The notes below the pieces were generated by a model that was not told where the DNA came from, made no database searches, and worked only from the letters and a program-made list of their open reading frames with translations. A stretch of DNA of 54,880 bases from positions 12,170 to 67,049 of the forward strand of contig DCXN01000001.1 in assembly GCA_002327685.1 (NCBI GenBank), in the 5' to 3' direction. How positions within the stretch are numbered: position 1 is the first letter of the stretch; every line of letters starts with the position of its first letter. The stretch comes from Patescibacteria group bacterium UBA2135 (GTDB lineage: Bacteria; Patescibacteriota; Minisyncoccia; Phycocordibacterales; UBA2135). Shown here piece by piece: positions 25,934 to 33,929 of the stretch. A program made the translations under genes and the position numbers.

Positions 25934-26701
25934 ATGGAAAATATTCAATTAAAAAATTCCCCTTCTCTAGCAAAAAAGTTAGCGGAAAAGGAATTTGAAA
26001 TACAGTCCTTAAAATACCGGATAGATCGAGAAGGAGACTTGTTTTCTCATACTGTGGAGAAACTGCATGGACTGCAGAGCGGTATTCGCAAGAATCAAAT
26101 GTATCTTGATACTGTCGTCAATTCTATGGTTGATGCATTGGTTGTGGTAACTCCAGATGCTGTCATTGAAACTGTCAATCAGTCCGCCCTTACTCTTTTG
26201 GGTTACAAAGAAGAGGAGCTTACTGGTAAGCCAGTTGCTACTATTTTTGCGGAGGAAGTTACGCTTTTTGAAGGAACTGAGATGGAGAAATTACTAAAAG
26301 AAGGTTCTGTTAGGAATTATGAAACTAACTATAAGACCAAATCGGGTGAAAATATTCCCATTCGTTTTTTTGGTTCAGTTATGAAGGGTAAAGATGAGAA
26401 TTTAATTGGCATTGTTGGTATTGCGCACGATATGCGTGAAATTGTGAATTTCATGCAAAAAGAGAAAGAGTCAGCGGCAGAAATCGCGGTCGCAGATGCG
26501 AGAGTAAATTATGTAGAAGAAATGAGAAAAAAGATCAGAAGTCGCGCTTTTAATTTAGGAGCAGAAGTTCAAAAAAGGACAAAGCAAGTGCAATTAAAAG
26601 CTGATAAATTGGAAAAATTCTACAAACTTACTGTTGGCAGGGACTTAAAGATGATTGAATTGGAAGACAAGATTAAAGAGTTAGAAAAAGTAAATAAATA
26701 A
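25934..26701 (+). CDS. PAS domain protein with flanking coiled coils, no output domain
   Basis: PAS core LDTVVNSMVDALVVVTPDAVIETVNQSALTLLGYKEEELTGKP...GIAHDM, followed by a heptad-rich C-terminus. Starts 16 nt after the previous gene. Confidence 0.75.
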   Translation: MENIQLKNSPSLAKKLAEKEFEIQSLKYRIDREGDLFSHTVEKLHGLQSGIRKNQMYLDTVVNSMVDALVVVTPDAVIETVNQSALTLLGYKEEELTGKPVATIFAEEVTLFEGTEMEKLLKEGSVRNYETNYKTKSGENIPIRFFGSVMKGKDENLIGIVGIAHDMREIVNFMQKEKESAAEIAVADARVNYVEEMRKKIRSRAFNLGAEVQKRTKQVQLKADKLEKFYKLTVGRDLKMIELEDKIKELEKVNK

Positions 26702-26802
26702 ATTTTAATAAGATGCTTTCGCTACACTTTATCATTGTACTCGTGCAAAACGACGAGGTCGCCGCACAACTTTTCGTCGCTCTGCGTCGTTAACAAAAAC
26801 TT

Positions 26803-27618
26803 ATGTTCAAAAATTTCAAAATCGGTCAAAAATTAACTATTGGATTTATGGTCATTATTGCTCTAGCAGGAATAATTGGTGGTGTTGGTTATTTTAATAT
26901 TAAGGGCTTGCAGGAAAAAATTGATGAAATTGCAGAAGAACATTCATCACCCCATCATTATTCAATGATGATGATTGAGGCAAGAGTCCATGTTGGGAAG
27001 CTTCGCGAATATATAATAAACCAGATGGCAGGAGTGACGATGGAAAAACGCGCAGAGGCAGATTTTAATAGTTCTATGAGTAGGTATCACGAACATGAAG
27101 AAGAAATGGAAAAGTTGAGTTTTACAGAAGAAAGTAAGCAGCTTTTGGCTGAGACAAGAAAACTACACGATGATTACGATAGAAGCGCAAGAGAAATAAT
27201 GTTATTTATCGAACAGGGTAAAGTCATAGAATCGTATCAAAAAGAAATAGAGGAAACCGAGCTCAAGGCCGATAAGTACCTTGCATCATTAACGAAACTC
27301 ATAAATTACAATGACGGAATGTTAAAAGACGCGCAATCTCACGCTGAACATGTTGCTACTTCTGCTATCAATTTGATTATTACGACTACAATGATTGTCA
27401 TTATTTTTGGACTATTCATTGCTTTCTCTATTTCTCGTTCTATTTCAAAATCAATTAGTGAGGTTAAAAGTGCCGCCGTTGAAATCGCACGAGGTAATAT
27501 GGACGTAGAAATTGACACGTCTGGAAAGGATGAAGTCGCAGAACTCTCGCGGGCAATTGATGAGATGCGAGCAATTTTGAGAACGGTTATGGAAGAGTAT
27601 GAGAAAGGGGTTAAATAA
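26803..27618 (+). CDS. membrane sensor stub: TM, helical-bundle ectodomain, TM, HAMP, then stop
   Basis: MCP-style N-terminus FKIGQKLTIGF. HAMP region SISEVKSAAVEIARGNMDVEIDTSGKDEVAELSRAIDEM. The protein ends about 20 aa after HAMP. Confidence 0.75.
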   Translation: MFKNFKIGQKLTIGFMVIIALAGIIGGVGYFNIKGLQEKIDEIAEEHSSPHHYSMMMIEARVHVGKLREYIINQMAGVTMEKRAEADFNSSMSRYHEHEEEMEKLSFTEESKQLLAETRKLHDDYDRSAREIMLFIEQGKVIESYQKEIEETELKADKYLASLTKLINYNDGMLKDAQSHAEHVATSAINLIITTTMIVIIFGLFIAFSISRSISKSISEVKSAAVEIARGNMDVEIDTSGKDEVAELSRAIDEMRAILRTVMEEYEKGVK

Positions 27619-27808
27619 CTGTTGCTTTATTTTTATTGTCTGAACACAAAAACTTTATTCGCAGAGACCACAAGTTTAAAAACACAAGAGTTATATGGCG
27701 AGAAACTCTTTATTTTTGTTATACAATAGGGAGAGTTGCAGAAAATACATTTGACACATGGCATGTGACAATTGACTTAATTACAACGAGTTAAATGTCA
27801 AAGGTTAA

Positions 27809-28396
27809 ATGTCAAATGTTTTGTTTGGTATGAAAAACAGAAACACTATTGTCCGAATTTTGCTTATTGCGCTTAGTATTGCCGGAATTATTATCATGGC
27901 GTATCTCACGTACCTCCATTATGTCCCGACTCCTCCTGATGGTTCCGTGTGTGATATTGGTGAAGGACTTTCCTGTGATGTGGTCAATAAAAGCGCGTAC
28001 TCGGAAATATTTGGCATCCCCATGTCAGTGCTTGGCATATTATATTTCATACTTGTTGCTACGTTGTCTATATGGCGATATAATATACAGACACTTTCGT
28101 TTATCGCATTGTTTTTGATTGTATTACTGGGGCCGTCACTTTATCTTTCGGTGGTTAGTAAGGCAGTTCTTGAAAACATTTGTATTTTTTGCGAGACTTC
28201 AAAAGTTATTATGGCGGGTTTGGTGCTTTTGTCTCTGTATGGAGCGAGCATCTCGCAAGTACGAGTTCAAAGAATATGGATAGCGGTTGCGCTTGCGATT
28301 ACGCTTGCCGCTGTAACATATTTTGTTCATTCATGGACGATTACCGAGCCGTTTACATATAGCGGAAATTTACAATTGTGGGAATTATTTAAATAA
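27809..28396 (+). CDS. vitamin K epoxide reductase (VKOR) family protein
   Basis: Loop Cys pair CDIGEGLSCD, SEIFGIP, and active-site CIFC in a TM helix. Start may instead be Met8 at 27830. Confidence 0.8.
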   Translation: MSNVLFGMKNRNTIVRILLIALSIAGIIIMAYLTYLHYVPTPPDGSVCDIGEGLSCDVVNKSAYSEIFGIPMSVLGILYFILVATLSIWRYNIQTLSFIALFLIVLLGPSLYLSVVSKAVLENICIFCETSKVIMAGLVLLSLYGASISQVRVQRIWIAVALAITLAAVTYFVHSWTITEPFTYSGNLQLWELFK

Positions 28397-28480
28397 ATGC
28401 GGGACGAACGCGGACTTGATGCGGAACGAACGCGGAAAAATTTTTCTGCATAGTTCTGCGTTTGTTCTGCATAGTTCTGC
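28397..28480 (+). repeat. paired tandem repeats forming G-U-compensated hairpins
   Basis: tgcgg(g/a)acgaacgcgga occurs twice, then ttctgcatagttctgc twice. tgcggaacgaacgcggaa pairs with ttctgcgtttgttctgca over 18/18 positions when G-U pairs are counted. Confidence 0.75.
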
Positions 28481-28490
28481 AAAGCGAAGC

Positions 28491-28958
28491 ATGAATCAAG
28501 ATAATATCATTATAGCATCTATTGTTGGTGCGCTTTTACTTGTAACAGTCGCGGCATTTATTTTCTCTGGTTCAAAAGAGGGACCAGAAGCTGTAGCAGG
28601 CGATTATGACACATTTGCGCAGTGTCTCTATGATTCTGGTTTGCGGATGTATGGTTCAGCAACGTGCCATTTTTGTGCCCAACAAAGATCGATGTTTGGT
28701 GGATCATTTAAATTTATTCGCGAGATTGAATGCGATCCAAGAAACGCGCTTGCTGAAACCGAACGTTGTATAGCAAAAAACATTGAAGCAACACCAACAT
28801 GGATTTTGGAGGATGAAAACGGTAATGACATAGAGCGTTTTGAGGCGGGTGTCCAGCAACTTACAGTATTAAGTGAAAAATCAGGATGTCCGCTTGTTAA
28901 GGATTCTGAAGAACAAGGAACAAGCGATAGCGAATCGAGAGAAGTACAATCAGAATAA
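28491..28958 (+). CDS. membrane-anchored thioredoxin-fold protein (VKOR partner type)
   Basis: TM anchor, then MYGSATCHFCAQQRSMFG...IECD, like the Trx domains fused to bacterial VKORs. The ATG at 28491 is chosen because the upstream ORF extension runs through the repeats. Confidence 0.7.
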   Translation: MNQDNIIIASIVGALLLVTVAAFIFSGSKEGPEAVAGDYDTFAQCLYDSGLRMYGSATCHFCAQQRSMFGGSFKFIREIECDPRNALAETERCIAKNIEATPTWILEDENGNDIERFEAGVQQLTVLSEKSGCPLVKDSEEQGTSDSESREVQSE

Positions 28959-29042
28959 TTATTTAATAAACCATAACTATGACGATGACCATAACTTCCG
29001 TTATTGTTATAGTAATCGTTATGGTTATTGTTAAAAATTGGC

Positions 29043-29759
29043 ATGCTTGATGGAAATATAACACTTGGCATTATTGTAGCCGCGGCACTTGCTGATAGCA
29101 TCAATCCGTGTGTTTTTGGTGTTCTCGTTTTTCTTTTACTCTTTCTTTCTCGTGCGTTTAAAAGTCGGAAAAGGATGCTCGTGAGCGGTCTATGTTACAG
29201 CATAGTGGTATATCTCACATACCTTGCTCTTGGATTCGGGATACTGAAGACCGCTATTTCAGTTGGTGTTGCTGAAGCGTTTTATTGGTTTGCGGCAGCC
29301 ATTGCAATTTTGGCGGGACTTTTTGAAATAAAAGATTTCTTTTGGTATGGCAAAGGTCCGACTTTGCAAATGCTTCCAGGTGGCGCAGAGCGCCTGAAGT
29401 CGTACACAAAGAAGATTGAACATTTTTATCGTAGCCACCCTAATCTTGCTGTATTGTTTGTGGGAGCTTTGGGGGTGTTTGTTGTTTTGGTTGAATTGCC
29501 ATGTACTGGCGCGCCATATTTTGCCGTACTTGCTCTTCTCGCAAAAGGACAATACGCTGTAGCAGTTCCGTATCTTCTGCTCTACAACTTTATCTTCGTA
29601 CTTCCGCTTTTGGTAATTATTGCTCTTGCGTATTTTGGTAAAGGAGCGCAGATAGAAGTGTGGCGGCTTAAACACAGAGGACTTATGCGTCTGGTAACTG
29701 GTCTCTTCCTTCTTGCTCTTGGTGGGTACATGATTTATTCACTATATCCATTTATTTAG
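29043..29759 (+). CDS. CcdA/DsbD-like thiol-disulfide transmembrane electron transporter
   Basis: Six TM helices with Cys in TM1 (SINPCVFG) and TM4 (ELPCTGAPY). Confidence 0.6.
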   Translation: MLDGNITLGIIVAAALADSINPCVFGVLVFLLLFLSRAFKSRKRMLVSGLCYSIVVYLTYLALGFGILKTAISVGVAEAFYWFAAAIAILAGLFEIKDFFWYGKGPTLQMLPGGAERLKSYTKKIEHFYRSHPNLAVLFVGALGVFVVLVELPCTGAPYFAVLALLAKGQYAVAVPYLLLYNFIFVLPLLVIIALAYFGKGAQIEVWRLKHRGLMRLVTGLFLLALGGYMIYSLYPFI

Positions 29760-29846
29760 CCTTGATATAATTACAAGCGAGGGAGAAATAAGAAGAGTTT
29801 ACGAGTTTGAATCTCGTAAGAAAACTCATAAATCGTAAATCGTAAG

Positions 29847-31082
29847 ATGTCAGAATTTTTACTCAATTTTATATATAATCCCGCGACCGCAATTGGTATT
29901 GCGTCCGTTGCCCTTATTGTTTCCTTGTATGTTTTGTATATGCATCGTGTACCTGAAGCATACGCCGAGAAGGAGAATATTGATATTGAAAAAATAATTG
30001 CTCTTACTAAAGACGGCGCTTTAAATACCGGTATATTACGTTTGGGACTTGCCGTTCTTTTTGTAGGAGGAATTTTTTTCGTACAAGGACAAGTAACTGA
30101 TAATACGTATGGTAATAAAATTGAGCACATAGGTGTTACTTTTGAAAAAACAATTGCGGCGATTGTTGCGATACAGTCAGAGACGTCCACTACTTCAGAC
30201 ATGGTAACAGAAGAAGCGGACGAGGATGCGGTAGAAGTTGCCTCTGATCCCCTCCCTTCTGTTCCTGAACCAGAGCCGGAACCAGTTGTGTTTATAGAAC
30301 CAATTATTATTCCTGAGCCAGAGCCGATTATTGTAGTGCCTGAGCCAGCACCAGAGCCGGAACCGGAAGTTATAGAAGCGCAAGGACCAGCGCCCGACTT
30401 CACGGTTTATGCTCTTTCTCGCTTTGGAACAACCTTGGAGGAAGGAAACGTAACGAGTTTTTCTGTTGTTGTTTTAAATGATGGGGAAGAAGACGTACAT
30501 ACTCCGTTTAATTCTCAGCTTTTCATTGATGAATTTAATGATGGCATTATTGATGTTTACCGCAAACGCATACAAACCCCTTTGATTATGTCGGAGGGGG
30601 AAGATACAAAGATATGGAAAAGTGCGTGGGCTCAAAAAGCTGGGACCCACAGGGTGGAAGTTTGCACAGATGTTGATAATGTGATATTAGAGACAAACGA
30701 AAAAAACAATTGCACGTCAATCATTTTTGAGGTAAAAGGACCTTCAGAAAGCGGCGATCTTGTTGTTGAACAGATACTAATAACTCCACAACAGCCAAGT
30801 ATTGGAGAAAGGGTTTTATTCTTCGCACATATTAAAAACATTGCCAACACCAAAGTGGGTGGCTCGTATGTTGATTTGTATGTAGACAACCTATTGCGTG
30901 GCAGGCAATATGTCACAAGTATTTTAGGGGGTACATTTGAGGAAGTTGAATGGAACGGACTTTGGAGGGCGTCCGCTACAGGCAGTTATGAATATACTAT
31001 ATGCGCAGACGGCAAAAAAGAAGTATCTGAAGCAAACGAGGAAAATAATTGCTCTAGCGGTACTATTACTATTTCAGAGTAA
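29847..31082 (+). CDS. secreted/anchored protein: TM helices, acidic PEPEPEP linker, two CARDB-like domains
   Basis: Linker PEPEPEPVVFIEPIIIPEPEPIIVVPEPAPEPEPE. Domain ends ETNEKNNCTS and EANEENNCSS are typical of CARDB. Confidence 0.7.
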   Translation: MSEFLLNFIYNPATAIGIASVALIVSLYVLYMHRVPEAYAEKENIDIEKIIALTKDGALNTGILRLGLAVLFVGGIFFVQGQVTDNTYGNKIEHIGVTFEKTIAAIVAIQSETSTTSDMVTEEADEDAVEVASDPLPSVPEPEPEPVVFIEPIIIPEPEPIIVVPEPAPEPEPEVIEAQGPAPDFTVYALSRFGTTLEEGNVTSFSVVVLNDGEEDVHTPFNSQLFIDEFNDGIIDVYRKRIQTPLIMSEGEDTKIWKSAWAQKAGTHRVEVCTDVDNVILETNEKNNCTSIIFEVKGPSESGDLVVEQILITPQQPSIGERVLFFAHIKNIANTKVGGSYVDLYVDNLLRGRQYVTSILGGTFEEVEWNGLWRASATGSYEYTICADGKKEVSEANEENNCSSGTITISE

Positions 31083-31119
31083 ATATATAGACCTCTTGTG
31101 TGTTTATATGTAACTTTTT

Positions 31120-31158
31120 CTGGCGTGGTTCAACTTATTGAGCCACGTCAGTTTTTTT
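31120..31158 (+). terminator. intrinsic terminator
   Basis: ctggcgtggttcaa-ctta-ttgagccacgtcag (14 bp including 2 G-U) plus T7. Confidence 0.85.
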
Positions 31159-31207
31159 ATATATTGTGTGGTATAATTAAGAATATTTCTCATCTCTCTT
31201 TCACGTC

Positions 31208-32758
31208 ATGTTTCCTGTAACAAAAAAACATATTATTCTTCTTGTAAGCATCGCTGTTATTATTGCTGTCGGATTTCTTGTGTCATTTCTACAAGATTCT
31301 TCTCTCGAAGCAGATTTTATAGTTGTAGAGCGTGGTGATTTAATTCAGGAAGTAAGCGTTACCGGAAAAGTGAAACCTTCACAGAGCGTTGATTTAGCGT
31401 TTGAGAAAATAGGAAAGATTAGCTGGATTAATGCTGAAATAGGAAAACATGTTGTCCGCGGAGAGGCACTTGCAGGGCTTGAAAGTAGTGATGTTGATGC
31501 AAAATTAGAGTCCGCAAAGGCCTTACAACGCAAAGAAGAGGCGCAACTCGGAGAATTGCTTGCGGGAACACGTCCCGAAGAGCTTCGCATTCAGGAAGTG
31601 AAGGTTCTCAACACTGAAAAAGAGCTCCAAGATGAGGAAGTAAGCACTATTGATGTTGTACGTGATGCGTACACAAAGTCAGATGATGCAATTCGCAATA
31701 AAACTGATCAATTTATCACAAATCCACAAGGGGCTGATCCTGTCGTCAATTTTCCAATTGGTGATGTGCAACTAAGAATAAATATTGAACTCGGTCGCGT
31801 GACCGCAGAGGAATTATTATTTTCATGGAACATATTACTCTCTACACTAACGTCAGAGAGTGATCCGCACTTATTTATTGAAGACAGCAAGGCGTATCTC
31901 TTGTCTATGAAATCATTTCTGGAAGATGTTGCATTGGCTGTGAATGCTTTAAAAGCAAGTAGTGATTTTTCACAAGCCACCATTGATAGTTATCGCTCTG
32001 ACATTGCTACCGCGCGGAGCAATATAAATACCGCAACTTCAAATCTCTCCGCCGCTGAAGAGAGTTTGCGTGACGCAGAATCTGCGCTTCTGCTTGCAGA
32101 AGAAGAACTTGTTTTGAAACATGCGGGAGCACGAGAAGAACAAGTCACCGCGCAACAGGCAAAAGTAGAGGAGGCGCGAGCAAGTGTGAATAATTATAAG
32201 GCGGAGATTGGAAAGACAATTTTGTTTTCACCTTTTAGCGGCGTGATTACTAAAAAGGAAGCCGAAGTTGGCGAAATCGTTGCCGCGAATTCAGCTATTA
32301 TTTCTCTTATATCAGCCGATCGGCTTTTAATAGAGACAAATATACCCGAAGCCGATATTGCAAAATTAAGTGTTAATGATGTCGCATTTGTTACACTTGA
32401 TGCGTATAGCGATGATGCGTTGTTCCAGGCGCAAGTGGTTTCTATTGAACCGGCAGAGACAATTATAGAAGGGGTTTCAACGTATAAGACAAAACTGCAA
32501 TTCACTGAACGTGACGAACGTATTCGTTCAGGCATGACAGCTAATATTGATATTTCAACAGACAAAAAAATGGACGTAATCGCTGTGCCACAGCGAGCAG
32601 TTATTACAAAAAATGGTGACAAGATAGTGCGAATTCTTGTTGATGGGATTGTTGAAGAAGTGCTTGTCGCTACGGGACTACGTGGTTCTGATGGTCGTGT
32701 TGAGATACTGAAGGGAATATCTGAAGGCGACAAAGTGATCATTTTTCTTGAAGAATAG
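31208..32758 (+). CDS. efflux ABC/RND periplasmic adaptor (HlyD/MacA-like membrane fusion protein)
   Basis: N-terminal TM helix, long coiled-coil hairpin, barrel-sandwich motifs. Precedes a MacB-type ATPase/permease pair. Confidence 0.8.
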   Translation: MFPVTKKHIILLVSIAVIIAVGFLVSFLQDSSLEADFIVVERGDLIQEVSVTGKVKPSQSVDLAFEKIGKISWINAEIGKHVVRGEALAGLESSDVDAKLESAKALQRKEEAQLGELLAGTRPEELRIQEVKVLNTEKELQDEEVSTIDVVRDAYTKSDDAIRNKTDQFITNPQGADPVVNFPIGDVQLRINIELGRVTAEELLFSWNILLSTLTSESDPHLFIEDSKAYLLSMKSFLEDVALAVNALKASSDFSQATIDSYRSDIATARSNINTATSNLSAAEESLRDAESALLLAEEELVLKHAGAREEQVTAQQAKVEEARASVNNYKAEIGKTILFSPFSGVITKKEAEVGEIVAANSAIISLISADRLLIETNIPEADIAKLSVNDVAFVTLDAYSDDALFQAQVVSIEPAETIIEGVSTYKTKLQFTERDERIRSGMTANIDISTDKKMDVIAVPQRAVITKNGDKIVRILVDGIVEEVLVATGLRGSDGRVEILKGISEGDKVIIFLEE

Positions 32759-32774
32759 CTAAGATTAAATCAGA

Positions 32775-33485
32775 ATGAATCTCATAAAAGCACGCAATAT
32801 AGAGAAAATATATTCTGATGGAACCCATGCCTTGCACGGGGTTTCTTTTGATATTAAAGAAGGGGAATTTGCTGCCATCATGGGTCCTTCTGGCTCCGGA
32901 AAATCAACCTTGCTTCATATCATTGGTTTTTTAGACACGCAAAGTGCAGGTGAATATTATTTCAACGGTAAATCATTTTTAGATTATACTCCAGACGAAG
33001 TAGCGCATATCCGAAATCAGGAGATGGGATTCGTGTTTCAAATGTTTAATTTATTACCGCGAGCAACTGTTCTTGAGAATGTGACATTGCCACTTGTATA
33101 TTCTTCAGTGAAGGGACATCTACGGGAGACGCTTGCACGAAAAGCGATTGAATCAGTTGGTCTTTCGCATCGCGCAGAGTATGAAGCGTTTAAGCTCTCT
33201 GGCGGAGAACGTCAGCGTGTTGCCATTGCGCGCGCTTTGGTTAATAAGCCGCAAATTATCTTTGCTGACGAACCCACTGGAAATTTAGACACAAAATCTG
33301 GTAAGGCGGTAATGGAAATTATTGAACGATTAAACGAAGAAGATGGACACACTATTGTTCTTATTACGCACGAGACACACACTGCTGAACACGCGCAAAG
33401 GATTATCAAAATTTTAGATGGAAAAGTGGAAAGTGATGAGGTTGTAGGAAACAGATATCATGCGAGAGAACACTTTAAAAAATAA
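32775..33485 (+). CDS. ABC transporter ATP-binding protein (MacB/LolD type)
   Basis: Walker A GPSGSGKST, signature LSGGERQR, Walker B IIFADEPT. Confidence 0.95.
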   Translation: MNLIKARNIEKIYSDGTHALHGVSFDIKEGEFAAIMGPSGSGKSTLLHIIGFLDTQSAGEYYFNGKSFLDYTPDEVAHIRNQEMGFVFQMFNLLPRATVLENVTLPLVYSSVKGHLRETLARKAIESVGLSHRAEYEAFKLSGGERQRVAIARALVNKPQIIFADEPTGNLDTKSGKAVMEIIERLNEEDGHTIVLITHETHTAEHAQRIIKILDGKVESDEVVGNRYHAREHFKK

Positions 33486-33501
33486 AAAATCAAAAATAAA
33501 A

Positions 33502-33873
33502 ATGCAAAATGACAAAGTAAAATTTAAAAATGAGTTCAAAAAACGGCTTTATATGTTTACTCTTAAGCTCATTGAATTTATAGACAAATTACCCAAAGAT
33601 AATGTTTCTAGAAGAATTGGAGATCAGTTGCTGCGAAGCGGGACAAGTATTATTGCGAACCATACAGAAGGACAAGCGGCCAGTAGTAAAAAAGATTTTA
33701 CAAACTTTTTCAATTATTCTCTAAAATCAGCAAATGAGAGTAAATTATGGATCGCGTTATTACGGGATAGTGGCAGAGTAACAGCTTCAGATACGTCATG
33801 GTTTTTGAAAGAGCTTGATGAAATTGCAAATATATTTGGCTCGAGCATCCTTACTTTGAGAGGTAAAAGATAA
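33502..33873 (+). CDS. four-helix-bundle protein (23S rRNA-intervening-sequence / Avd family)
   Basis: FTLKLIEFIDKLPKD..SRRIGDQLLRSGTSIIANHTEGQAASSKKDFTNFFNYSLKSANESKLWI, the typical family signature. Confidence 0.8.
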   Translation: MQNDKVKFKNEFKKRLYMFTLKLIEFIDKLPKDNVSRRIGDQLLRSGTSIIANHTEGQAASSKKDFTNFFNYSLKSANESKLWIALLRDSGRVTASDTSWFLKELDEIANIFGSSILTLRGKR

Positions 33874-33929
33874 TTTTTGAATTTTAATCTGTAATTTTGC
33901 TATTTAATATTTACTTTTTGATATTTTTT

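Noticed and set aside
28323-28490. Upstream extension of the thioredoxin-like ORF, giving a 211-aa product that starts inside VKOR.
   Set aside because: The extension overlaps the VKOR coding end and translates the tandem-repeat spacer (HSSAFVLHSSA). A start at 28491, directly before the TM anchor, is more plausible.
29771-30403. 210-aa ORF on the - strand rich in GSGSG/TTGSGSG.
   Set aside because: It is the antisense reading of the PEPEPEP linker of the CARDB protein gene. It is low-complexity and overlaps a far better + strand gene.
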